Shown here one piece after another: positions 55,573-64,000 of a DNA stretch of 64,000 nucleotides (positions within the stretch are counted from its first letter, which is position 1; each line of letters starts with the position of its first letter). The notes beneath the pieces were generated by a model, which worked only from the letters and a program-made list of their open reading frames with translations, was not told where the DNA came from and searched no databases. Source of the stretch: Candidatus Omnitrophota bacterium (lineage in GTDB: Bacteria; Omnitrophota; Gorgyraeia; Duberdicusellales; 4484-171); assembly GCA_037146775.1 (NCBI GenBank), contig JBAWWL010000007.1:65536-129535 (forward strand), given 5' to 3'. The position numbers and the translations under genes are program-made.

Positions 55573-57027
55573 ATGTCACGGAAATCAAAAAGGCCAGTTT
55601 TTATTGATGAAGACGATTCGCCCAATATCTCTGCTCAAGGCTGCGCGATCGATATAACCAAGGATAAACTTTTCAATGAAGCCCATAGCTTACCGGAAAA
55701 TCTAGAGCTCAATGTTGAGTTTTTGTGTGCGTTTAATTTGCTAGAGAATACGCGTGATTCTGTTTTTGTGAGCGGTAAAGCCGGTACCGGCAAGTCCACC
55801 CTGCTTAAATATTTCCGTAAAAATACCTCAAAGAATGTGGTTGTGCTAGCTCCGACGGGAGTCGCGGCGATTAACGTTGGTGGGCAAACCATACATTCTT
55901 TTTTCAATTTTCCACCCAGACTTATTCAAAAAGATACCATTCGTAGACGGCGCAACAGCAAGCTTATTAAAAAACTTGATATGGTGATTATCGATGAGGT
56001 TTCTATGGTTCGCGCTGACCTTATGGATGGCATTGACTACGCATTAAGGATAAATAGGGATAAATTGGATGTACCCTTTGGTGGCGTTCAGGTAGTTTTT
56101 TTTGGAGATTTGTTTCAATTACCGCCCGTGGTGGAGAAGGACGCACGTATGATATTGTCTGTTGCCTATGAGAGTCCATATTTTTTTAATGCGAAGGTGT
56201 TTGAGCAGATAAAACTACGCTATGTCGAATTAACTAAAATATATCGTCAGTCAGACATAAAATTTATTAATATATTAAATCAACTACGTTGCAAAGAACA
56301 TACGGAAGGGGAACTTCAGGCATTAAACGAAAGAGTAAGAACGCGCACACCGCAGAACCTCGCTCATTGCGTTATCTTGACTACCACAAACAAACGTGCC
56401 AACGAGATTAATGAGCAACGATTAGAGGGCTTGAGCACAGAAGAGCTTGGTTATGAAGCTATCACGACCGGCACATTCGATACCTCAGCGTATCCTACGG
56501 AATTTTTTTTGAAGCTTAAAAGGGGAGCGCAGGTAATATTGATTAAAAATGATCCTGACAAACGGTGGGTTAACGGGACTATCGCTGAGATATCCGGTAT
56601 TTCCAGCGTTTGTATCCAGGTGCTTATTGGTGATAATATTTGCGAAGTTCCAAGGGTAACATGGGAAAAGATTCAGTATGAATACAACGAAGTTACAGAA
56701 AAGGTAGAAGAGAATGTCATTGGGACATTTGAACAATATCCGCTAAAGTTAGCCTGGGCGATCACCATTCACAAAAGTCAGGGCCAGACGTTTGATAATG
56801 TTGTCATTGATTTGGGATACGGTGCTTTCACGCATGGGCAGGTCTATGTGGCCTTGAGCCGCTGCAGGACGCTCGAAGGGATTCTTCTGAAAAGACCAGT
56901 TGTTGAGAGCGATATTATTTTCGATGAGCGGATTTATAATTTTAGAAATAGAATGATAGAGTCCGATCAGGCAGTAATGGGATCAGGCCTTCGGGTGACC
57001 GATAAATTGGCAAAGACCAAAAAATAA
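55573..57027 (+). CDS. PIF1-like SF1B helicase
   Basis: GKAGTGKS, APTGVAA.NVGG.TIHSFF, IIDEVSM, GDLFQLPPV, AWAITIHKSQG, YVALSR. Confidence 0.93.
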   Translation: MSRKSKRPVFIDEDDSPNISAQGCAIDITKDKLFNEAHSLPENLELNVEFLCAFNLLENTRDSVFVSGKAGTGKSTLLKYFRKNTSKNVVVLAPTGVAAINVGGQTIHSFFNFPPRLIQKDTIRRRRNSKLIKKLDMVIIDEVSMVRADLMDGIDYALRINRDKLDVPFGGVQVVFFGDLFQLPPVVEKDARMILSVAYESPYFFNAKVFEQIKLRYVELTKIYRQSDIKFINILNQLRCKEHTEGELQALNERVRTRTPQNLAHCVILTTTNKRANEINEQRLEGLSTEELGYEAITTGTFDTSAYPTEFFLKLKRGAQVILIKNDPDKRWVNGTIAEISGISSVCIQVLIGDNICEVPRVTWEKIQYEYNEVTEKVEENVIGTFEQYPLKLAWAITIHKSQGQTFDNVVIDLGYGAFTHGQVYVALSRCRTLEGILLKRPVVESDIIFDERIYNFRNRMIESDQAVMGSGLRVTDKLAKTKK

Positions 57028-57119
57028 AATAGGGTTAGAGTTATTTTGTTAAAGAGAGTGGAATAAATCTTAGTTTCTAATTTTTGGAAATATAATTTCA
57101 ACATTCAAGGCCTGACCCC
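56979..57119. mobile_element. 141-bp REP/MITE-like element
   Basis: GGGATCAGGCCTT ... AAGGCCTGACCCC (12/13 inverted); supplies the helicase's last codons and stop. Confidence 0.7.
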
Positions 57120-57129
57120 GTCTTTTTTA

Positions 57130-57283
57130 CTATGACTGTAACTGTAAGACCTAAAGGCGAAAAACAATTGTTAGTAAGAGCAAACGCGCAATATGGGATT
57201 AAATCCGTAGAAGATCCTGTAACCTACCAAGATTTCTTTACTGCTTTAGAAAAAGCCATATTTTTAACAGCCCAACAAGTTGA
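57130..57283 (+). pseudogene. 154-bp copy of the 3' end of lipoprotein gene 49444..49878
   Basis: identical to 49721-49874 by eye. Confidence 0.9.
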
Positions 57284-57312
57284 TTGATAATGATGTTACC
57301 TCCCAAGAATAG

Positions 57313-57570
57313 CAATATCCATCTAAAAGAGGCGGACATGCCTTATCTATCTCTGTTATAACGAATTACGCCAATTAATCTCCGAGAATAACGGATAAAT
57401 ATCGCCTATAAACCAATCTCTAAAGCCTGTGTTTTCCTGTATAGGGTTCGAACCGTAAAGGGAGCTTGAGGGAAATAAATTTCCTTCAAGTCATCCGGGT
57501 TTCTCTGCAAGAAGGGGGAGTCGTTGCTTTTTTGACTCTTTGTGATACTATATATTTCAGAGGGTTTTTT
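57313..57570 (+). repeat. family B copy 4 (partly deleted) plus module copy 5
   Basis: AAAAGAGGCGGACATGCCTTATCTATCTCTG; TTGCTT(57524)-N16-TACTAT; CAGAGGGTTTT. Confidence 0.85.
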
Positions 57571-57602
57571 GGATTAATAAATAAGGTAAGCGGGGGGTTG
57601 CA

Positions 57603-57953
57603 ATGCCAAAAGGTTATGGTTGGATGATTTCATCAAAAAGTGTTGTAAAACACCGAATTGGTATAAAACAGTATAAGCTTGATAAACATATGGGAGTGGA
57701 TCTTCCCGACCAGTGTACATGGATGGTTTATCCTACAGTTCAGAAAACAGTAGTGTTGATGCTTAATGATGGTCCAAAAAGAAGCAAGCGCCCATGTTTT
57801 ACGCCAGTCAATAGTAGTTTAACCTGCAAAGAAGCTCTTAAGTTATCCGAACAGCTACGTAAAGCAGCTAAAGCTTCAAAAGAATGCCCAGCTGGAGAAA
57901 AGAAAAGAATGGAAAATGTATTGAAAGATATACGGAAAAATACTAAAAAGTAA
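57603..57953 (+). CDS. hypothetical protein
   Basis: 116 aa, GGGGG RBS, directly after the module. Confidence 0.6.
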   Translation: MPKGYGWMISSKSVVKHRIGIKQYKLDKHMGVDLPDQCTWMVYPTVQKTVVLMLNDGPKRSKRPCFTPVNSSLTCKEALKLSEQLRKAAKASKECPAGEKKRMENVLKDIRKNTKK

Positions 57954-57962
57954 ACGGAGAAT

Positions 57963-58006
57963 CTGTCCCTTAAGCCCTCTACGGTAATATATCGTAGAGG
58001 GTTTTT
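57963..58006 (+). promoter_or_regulatory. promoter-in-terminator module, copy 6
   Basis: GCCCTCTACGGTAATATATCGTAGAGGGTTTTT with compensatory stem changes. Confidence 0.7.
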
Positions 58007-58039
58007 GTTTAGAGTAAAATAAAAATAGAAGGAGAGTGT

Positions 58040-58471
58040 ATGTATAAGCACACACAGACTGGCTGGGTGATGATTGTTTGTTTGGTAGCCGCGCTCCTAT
58101 TTATTCTGCCGGGAAGTTTGAATGCCGATTCTGTGGTAGGTATATTTTTGGCGTCCGCTATACTTATGTCGCTATTTATCTTTGTGTCACTTACCGTGAG
58201 TGTAACGGCAGGCCATATTAATGTTGTTTTTGGAATAGGCTTGATTCAAATGCGTATTAAAATAAGCGAAGTAGTTTCTCTCGGAATAGTAAAGAACAAA
58301 TGGTGGTATGGGTTTGGAATCCATGGGTGGTGGGGGAAAGGCTGGCTCCTTAATGTGTCAGGGCTTAGCGCTGTTGAATTAAAGATAAAAAATGGGATGG
58401 TTTATAGAATAGGGACTGACGAACCACAGAAATTAAATGACGCAATCCAGGAAAAAATAAATAAAGCTTAA
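58040..58471 (+). CDS. 2-TM + bacterial PH-like membrane protein
   Basis: Y.HTQ.G, two TMs, WWYGFGI, YRIGTDEP.KL. Confidence 0.78.
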   Translation: MYKHTQTGWVMIVCLVAALLFILPGSLNADSVVGIFLASAILMSLFIFVSLTVSVTAGHINVVFGIGLIQMRIKISEVVSLGIVKNKWWYGFGIHGWWGKGWLLNVSGLSAVELKIKNGMVYRIGTDEPQKLNDAIQEKINKA

Positions 58472-58490
58472 ATAAAAAAGGAGGTAAATT

Positions 58491-58982
58491 TTGAAGACAA
58501 TTTTTATTTTTTGGTTGTTTTTGTTTGCTTTAAGCGCGGTTGTCTATAGCGAACAGGTAAGCAGGATTGAATTAAATGATGGCAGCGTAATTAATGGCCA
58601 AATAGTTTCTTATATAAATGGAGTTTATACTATAAATACCGGTACCCTTGGAGAAATAAAAATAGAGGCAGCTAAGATTTCTAAGATTGAGACAGCAAGC
58701 GCTTCTTCGTCTAGTACGTCCGTGAATCCCGACGCCCAAATAGGTAATATCAGTAAATCGCAAGTCGATAGCTACCGGCAGACAATAATGAGCAATCCGG
58801 AAAACGCGTCTATCGTTACGGGGTTAGCAACAGATCCTGAAATCCAAGAGTTAGCCAAAGATCCGCAGATTATAGATGCGGCAAAAACAGGCGATATTCA
58901 GGCTTTGATGAAAAACGAAAAATTCATGAGTATCATCAACAGCTCTAAAATGAAAGAAGCCATCAAAAAACTCAAGCAATAG
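58491..58982 (+). CDS. secreted protein
   Basis: TTG after AAGGAGG; signal; IELNDGSVINGQI N-domain; STI1-like tail. Confidence 0.75.
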   Translation: MKTIFIFWLFLFALSAVVYSEQVSRIELNDGSVINGQIVSYINGVYTINTGTLGEIKIEAAKISKIETASASSSSTSVNPDAQIGNISKSQVDSYRQTIMSNPENASIVTGLATDPEIQELAKDPQIIDAAKTGDIQALMKNEKFMSIINSSKMKEAIKKLKQ

Positions 58983-58990
58983 CTTTTTTT

Positions 58991-59073
58991 AATCCTCTGC
59001 GATACCGCATTGTCATCTATCCAAACGCTTCGCGGCAAGGCCTTGGGGGTTGGATGAGACTGCCAAAGGTTTT
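58991..59073 (+). terminator. degenerate module copy 7
   Basis: AATCCTCTGCGATA...GCCAAAGGTTTT with an internal stem. Confidence 0.45.
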
Positions 59074-59137
59074 AATTTTCTGCTAATATTTTAAATGATT
59101 TCATGATTACTCAAATGTGTTTAGGTGCGTTTGATAG

Positions 59138-59153
59138 AGTGAAAAATTTCACT
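59138..59153. promoter_or_regulatory. Rex operator 1
   Basis: AGTGAA-AAAT-TTCACT; Rex consensus is TTGTGAA-N4-TTCACAA. Confidence 0.75.
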
Positions 59154-59247
59154 GATTATTGAAATATAAAAGTATTCATAAACCATTCATTTATATATGG
59201 TAGTGCATTTTTAGCTAAAATTCATATAAAAGCCGATAATAAAATAC

Positions 59248-59291
59248 TTGACAGAAAGGAAAAAATGTGTTAAAAAGTGAAAAAATTCACT
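59248..59291 (+). promoter_or_regulatory. rex promoter (TTGACA) and overlapping Rex operator 2
   Basis: TTGACA 59248-59253; AGTGAA-AAAA-TTCACT 59276-59291. Confidence 0.75.
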
Positions 59292-59313
59292 GATAAAGAG
59301 GTCTTTGGGATTT

Positions 59314-59937
59314 ATGAAACTATCAAATCCAACAATTGAGAGAATTTGTAAGATTTTTGGCTATCTTGACCTTTTAGACAAAAAAGGAATTGAGTTTGTT
59401 TCTTCGCGCGAACTTGCTAAGGCTAGCGGTGCTACTGAGTATACAGTACGCAAAGACATAAGTCTTTTAGGAGCTAGCCGTCACGATCGCAAGGGTTATA
59501 AGGTAAAAATTTTGAAAACAGAATTAGGAGAAACTTTCCATTTAAATAAGAAACGCAAAGCTTGTATTGTCGGCTTGGGCAGGCTAGGTACGGCTCTTCT
59601 TGATTATGAAAAATTTCAGGAAGATGGATTTGAAATCGTAGCGGGATTCGATAGAAGTATAAACAAAATTGAGCGCTTATGTACGCATATTGACGTTTTT
59701 CCCGTAAGCTCACTTGCGGAGGTCATTGCGCAGCGCGGTATTGAGCTGGGTATTATCGCGGTGCCGCAAGAATCCGCTCAAGAAGTTGCCGATAAATTGA
59801 TTGAGGCAGGGGTTAAGGGAATTTTAAGTTTTTCTCCGGAAAAAATTAATGTACCCAAGGATATTATGTATTTGGACATAGATTTTACCAGTTCGTTGAG
59901 GTTTATCGCGGTTAAATTTTCGATGGGGGAAGGATAA
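59314..59937 (+). CDS. rex: redox-sensing repressor Rex
   Basis: VSS.ELA...TVRKD.S..G...GY wHTH; IVGLGRLG.AL Rossmann; AVP..AQ..AD.L..AGVKGIL.F.P. Confidence 0.93.
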   Translation: MKLSNPTIERICKIFGYLDLLDKKGIEFVSSRELAKASGATEYTVRKDISLLGASRHDRKGYKVKILKTELGETFHLNKKRKACIVGLGRLGTALLDYEKFQEDGFEIVAGFDRSINKIERLCTHIDVFPVSSLAEVIAQRGIELGIIAVPQESAQEVADKLIEAGVKGILSFSPEKINVPKDIMYLDIDFTSSLRFIAVKFSMGEG

Positions 59938-60078
59938 TTATTAACATAGATTCCGTTTCGTCCTTATGCGCCAAAATTATGTTTCATAATTTCGGCGGGC
60001 TTAACGGGATTAATTCGGCCAGGTAATTTTTCATCACCTACGGTTTGAAAAATTACGGCCTCATTAAGGAGGTGTGGT

Positions 60079-61161
60079 ATGGCGAGGGTTTATAATTTTA
60101 GCGCAGGCCCGGCAGTTTTACCGGAGGAAGTTTTAAAGAAAGCTGCCAGTGAAATGCTTGATTACAAGGGTAGTGGCATGTCGGTCATGGAAATGTCGCA
60201 CCGGGGAAAAGAGTTCACCGCGATCATTGAAAAAGCCGAGGCTAACTTGAGAGAGATCATGGGTATTCCCGCCAATTACAAGGTTCTTTTTATGCAGGGT
60301 GGGGCAAGTTTGCAGTTTGCGATGGTGCCATTGAATTTAATAGGAAAAAATAAGAAAGCAGACTATGTGCATACCGGAGAGTGGTCGAAAAAAGCAATTA
60401 GCGAAGCAAAAAAGTTTCTGCAAGTTAATATTATCGCTAGTTCTGAGAAAGAAAATTTCAGCTGTATCCCTAATCTTGACCCGGCTTCTTTTTCCAAAGA
60501 CGCCGATTATTTTTATATTGTGTCCAATAATACCATCGAAGGCACAGCCTACAAGCAGTTTCCCAATACCGGCAGTGTGCCTTTGGTGGCCGATATGTCA
60601 TCCAATATCTTATCCGAGCCCTTGGATGTTTCGAAATTCGGCCTGATTTTTGCGGGAGCGCAGAAAAATATCGGTCCGGCCGGTGTTACGATTGCGATCA
60701 TTCGAGATGATCTTGTGGGTAAAGCCGCCGCGAATGTACCCACGCTCCTTAATTATAAAACATACGCCGAAAATGCTTCATTGTACAATACACCGCCGAC
60801 TTACGCGATATATATTGCCGGTTTAGTTTTTGAATGGACAAAAGAAGTGGGCGGCGTCGCAGCCATGAAGAAACGTAACGAAGAAAAAGCAAAGTTACTC
60901 TATGATTTTATCGATCGTTCCAAACTTTTTAAGAGCCCGGTTAGAAAAGAAGACCGCTCGCTGATGAATATTCCTTTTAGCGCAGGGAGCGAGGAATTGG
61001 AAGCGAAATTTATTGAAGAGGCTTCAAAGAAAGGTTTTAAAACTCTAAAAGGGCATCGTAGCGTAGGTGGAATGCGAGCGAGCATTTATAATGCTATGCC
61101 TTTCGAGGGTGTGCGCGGGCTGGTAAATTTTATGGAAGAGTTTGAAAAGAAAAATGGGTAG
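60079..61161 (+). CDS. serC: phosphoserine aminotransferase
   Basis: [46 protein letters not shown]. Confidence 0.98.
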   Translation: MARVYNFSAGPAVLPEEVLKKAASEMLDYKGSGMSVMEMSHRGKEFTAIIEKAEANLREIMGIPANYKVLFMQGGASLQFAMVPLNLIGKNKKADYVHTGEWSKKAISEAKKFLQVNIIASSEKENFSCIPNLDPASFSKDADYFYIVSNNTIEGTAYKQFPNTGSVPLVADMSSNILSEPLDVSKFGLIFAGAQKNIGPAGVTIAIIRDDLVGKAAANVPTLLNYKTYAENASLYNTPPTYAIYIAGLVFEWTKEVGGVAAMKKRNEEKAKLLYDFIDRSKLFKSPVRKEDRSLMNIPFSAGSEELEAKFIEEASKKGFKTLKGHRSVGGMRASIYNAMPFEGVRGLVNFMEEFEKKNG

Positions 61162-61314
61162 ACAATTAGTTTCATTAGGGGTGTTTCCGGGCGCCTTGTT
61201 ACCCGAAAAATCTCTTGCGATATTTTTCGGGAGCGTCTCGGAAGTTAATTCGACTATAACTTTTTTTGTTCGTCTTGCTCACAAAAAACTAAGTCTCATT
61301 AAGGAGGTGTGGCT

Positions 61315-62499
61315 ATGTATAAGGTGATGAAACTTAATAATATTGCAGTGGAAGGTTTGGCGCTTTTACCGCTTGATCAATATGAAGTTGGAACTGAAAT
61401 TACGCATCCCGACGCGATTATCCTGCGTAGTTTTGATATGCAAAAAATGGATTTACCCGCTACGCTTCTTGCGGTAGGAAGAGCCGGTGCCGGCGTCAAC
61501 AATATTCCGGTCGAGAAGTGTTCAGAGCGGGGAATTGTTGTTTTTAATACGCCCGGCGCCAATGCGAATGCGGTTAAAGAGCTCACCATTACCGGGATGC
61601 TTCTTGCCTCTCGCGATATCTCGGGTGGCATAACTTTTGCCAAGTCTCTTCTGGGTAAGGGCGAAGCAGTCCCGGAGCTGGTTGAAAAAAATAAAAGTAA
61701 ATTCGCGGGAGTAGAGCTTTTAGGAAAAACCCTCGGCATTATTGGCCTTGGTAAAATCGGCGTGATGGTTGCAAATAGCGCGACAGATTTAGGTATGCAA
61801 GTTATGGGCTATGATCCATATATTTCTGTTGAATCAGCTTGGGGGCTCTCGCGCCAAGTCCAACGTGCGACGAGTCTAGATATGTTGGTTGCCGCAGCGG
61901 ATTATATTTCAATTCATACGCCTTTAACCGATGCAACGCGAGGAATTCTTAACACAGATAAATTTTCACGCATGAAGAAAGGAGTGCGTATACTTAATTT
62001 TTCACGCGGGGGTATTGTAAACAACGACGATTTAGCTTCTGCAATAAAAAATGGTATAGTAGCCTGTTATGTTACCGATTTTCCGGACGATGAACTGCTT
62101 CATATGGATAAGGTGATTGCTGTCCCACATCTCGGTGCTTCTACTGAGGAAGCGGAAACTAATTGTGCGATTATGGTAGTAAAACAGATGCGTGATTTTC
62201 TTGAAAACGGTATTATTAAGAATGCAGTGAATTTCCCTGATTGTAGGCTTGAACAAAATTCAAATGTGCGGTTGATTGTAATGAACAAGAATATACCAAA
62301 TATGGTGGGCCAGGTTTCAACAGTCCTTGCTAAATCCGGGATTAATATCATAGAAATGGTGAACAAGAGTAAGGGAAATTATGCCGCCACCATCATTGAT
62401 ATATCCAGCGAGCCCGATGAGAAGATGATAAAAAATATTTCCGATATTCCGGGGGTTGTAAAGGTGAGGCTTCTTAATTTAACAAAGGAACTATTATAA
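61315..62499 (+). CDS. serA: D-3-phosphoglycerate dehydrogenase with ACT domain
   Basis: RAGAGVNNIP, NTPGANANAV.EL, GLGKIG, NFSRG, PHLGAST.EA; follows serC. Confidence 0.95.
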   Translation: MYKVMKLNNIAVEGLALLPLDQYEVGTEITHPDAIILRSFDMQKMDLPATLLAVGRAGAGVNNIPVEKCSERGIVVFNTPGANANAVKELTITGMLLASRDISGGITFAKSLLGKGEAVPELVEKNKSKFAGVELLGKTLGIIGLGKIGVMVANSATDLGMQVMGYDPYISVESAWGLSRQVQRATSLDMLVAAADYISIHTPLTDATRGILNTDKFSRMKKGVRILNFSRGGIVNNDDLASAIKNGIVACYVTDFPDDELLHMDKVIAVPHLGASTEEAETNCAIMVVKQMRDFLENGIIKNAVNFPDCRLEQNSNVRLIVMNKNIPNMVGQVSTVLAKSGINIIEMVNKSKGNYAATIIDISSEPDEKMIKNISDIPGVVKVRLLNLTKELL

Positions 62500-62513
62500 T
62501 AAAGAAAACGCAA

Positions 62514-62561
62514 TGGTTACCCGTCAGGCTTTCGGATGCCAGGTATCGTGAGGGTAACCAA
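62514..62561. terminator. hairpin after serA
   Basis: TGGTTACCC...GGGTAACCA. Confidence 0.45.
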
Positions 62562-62690
62562 TAAAACTGTGATTATGCGGACACGATGTGTGTGGCGATC
62601 CGTTTTTTGCCAGCGGTATTTAAAAGTTACCGCTTCTATACTTTACTTTTAAATTTTTAATAGTATACTTACCAAGAAGGAGGTGTGTAT

Positions 62691-63032
62691 ATGCAGAAAA
62701 TATTTTTAGTAATGTGTTTTTTTGTATTTGTCGGCGGCGTATGCTTTGCTAAACAGTCCACGACATGTAAAACTGCTTCGCCAGCGGCTGCAAGCAAAAC
62801 TTTTACAGGCAAAGTTACTTTAATATCTTTGGGTGATGCCAAAAAAGCAGCAACGTCGGATATAGCTGTAGTGAATGATAAGGGGCAGGAGATGAGTTTT
62901 GCGGTCAAGAAAGGAACTCCTGTCTTTGGCAAAGACGGTAAATCAATTACTTTGGCTGCAGTAGTCAAGGGTAACAAGGTTATTATAAAGTACACAGTAG
63001 GTAAAATCGAGTCTATTACGGTAATTGAATAG
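62691..63032 (+). CDS. small secreted beta protein
   Basis: signal peptide; GGAGG RBS. Confidence 0.7.
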   Translation: MQKIFLVMCFFVFVGGVCFAKQSTTCKTASPAAASKTFTGKVTLISLGDAKKAATSDIAVVNDKGQEMSFAVKKGTPVFGKDGKSITLAAVVKGNKVIIKYTVGKIESITVIE

Positions 63033-63162
63033 TAAACGAACTATTTTGTACGTTACGGCAGGCCAAATTATGACCTGCCGTTTTGTTGTAATATCTATCC
63101 AGCCGCTATTTTTTACGATCATCAATCAGTTTTTTAAATTGCTTACCATTTTGAAAGGGAAA

Positions 63163-63201
63163 TTGTCTTTCTCTTCTTCTGTGATAATATATTATAGAGA
63201 A
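63163..63201 (+). promoter_or_regulatory. promoter-in-terminator module, copy 8 (degenerate arms)
   Basis: TTGTCT-N16-TAATAT, CTGTGATAATATATTATAG. Confidence 0.6.
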
Positions 63202-63242
63202 TTGTTGGCTGGCCAGTATGGAATATGCAAAGAGGAGGGGGT

Positions 63243-63806
63243 ATGAATAGGAGATGGCGAGGATTAATTATTTTTGTTTCATTATTCTTTTTAAATGTAT
63301 GCAACTTGTACGCCGACGAAATGGAAAGTAAGTTTAAAGATATAATTACACAAATTGCAGCAGATCTCCAGGTTGAGTCTTCTGTGGGCAAAGGATTGGA
63401 GAAGGAGAAGGGCGCAGCCATTGAGAACAATCTTGTTGAGTGCCAAAGCAAATTAAAAAGTCTTATAAAAACTAATCCTCAAAGCATTTGGGCTGACGAT
63501 GCTCAGTACGTAATCGCTATCCTAAGTGCAACCAATCCCAAGCAAGAAGCGTTGGAATTAGAATATTTATTGAAAGAGTATCCCAGTATGCACATTGAAG
63601 ATTGGACGCGAGAAGCTTTCGCAATTGCTATGCCTAACCAGAAAATACCATTTGAAGTGATGGTGAGGCTGCAGTTGTGTATGGATTATAAAAAATGTGG
63701 AGATACTGAAAAGCTTAAGCATATCTGCGAAGAATCAATTAAAAAATATCCAGAGAAAGCAAAAATTTTTGAGAACCTTTTACAGGAAACCGATACTGCC
63801 TCATAA
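63243..63806 (+). CDS. secreted helical protein
   Basis: signal peptide; P.S.WADDAQY motif. Confidence 0.7.
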   Translation: MNRRWRGLIIFVSLFFLNVCNLYADEMESKFKDIITQIAADLQVESSVGKGLEKEKGAAIENNLVECQSKLKSLIKTNPQSIWADDAQYVIAILSATNPKQEALELEYLLKEYPSMHIEDWTREAFAIAMPNQKIPFEVMVRLQLCMDYKKCGDTEKLKHICEESIKKYPEKAKIFENLLQETDTAS

Positions 63807-63963
63807 TAAAGAGATGGCTAAAGCGCTATTTTTCGGTAAGTGATGTTATGGTGTGTATCGGTGTCTGAGTGTAGGAAGTCATCCGCCGGCCCAGATAAAG
63901 CCCAAACGGTGCAACAGTATTATAGGACGGAAAAGATATTTTCTTGTGTGAGAGGTTGAACTA

Positions 63964-64000
63964 ATGATGAACGATAACTTAAAGGTAGTAATTCTGGCCG
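63964..64000 (+). CDS. partial CDS, possible sugar-phosphate nucleotidyltransferase
   Basis: MMNDNLKVVILA resembles the KxVILAGG start; cut by the window edge. Confidence 0.4.
   Translation, partial: MMNDNLKVVILA

Noticed and set aside
21900-59000. Classical integron cassette array
   Set aside because: Genes are co-oriented, but I see no intI and no RYYYAAC...GTTRRRY sites with L boxes; the short modules (~31 bp) are below attC size and their G:U pairs favour the top strand
1078-63451. Most minus-strand and nested ORFs in the track
   Set aside because: They are shadows of strong + strand genes or repeats, with no RBS or motifs; e.g. 1078..1341 is the antisense of a family A copy
1-64000. 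CRISPR array or cas locus
   Set aside because: No regularly spaced repeat-spacer units; the Cas4-like gene at 42923 stands alone

Overview
Low-GC bacterial DNA. The repertoire of PilZ, TPR and 'AET..LKSGKT.EGK' secreted proteins suggests Ca. Omnitrophota, but this is inference only. Almost every credible gene lies on the + strand (exception: one XRE regulator). About 1-59 kb is an accessory/defence-like region: many PD-(D/E)XK-type nucleases, DUF262/GmrSD-like, MBL/beta-CASP, HD, ADP-ribosylglycohydrolase, a GrpE-like + Hsp70-like pair, an orphan ParB-MTase/HTH/terminase trio, and single secreted cargo genes. One murA sits inside it, and rex-serC-serA follows. No integrase, CRISPR, intact tRNA or rRNA is visible. 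Two signals stand out. (1) A WYL-HTH regulator precedes an AAA+ ATPase / MORN peptide / RQGD His-rich protein / MORN-DUF6745-like operon whose promoter has a CGACA-N6-TGTCG palindrome in PafBC-like geometry; a second copy of that box lies 4.7 kb upstream. (2) The intergenic DNA is built from interleaved repeat families that separate unrelated cargo genes like cassettes without classical attC sites: an 8-copy promoter-inside-a-terminator module, a 7-copy Zn-ribbon mini-ORF/stub, a 4-copy ~230-bp element end, tRNA-Asn-like 3' scars carrying a recombinase-like C-terminal tail, and GGGGTCAGRCCTT-bounded mini-elements. All family calls are from motifs read by eye; no database searches were run.
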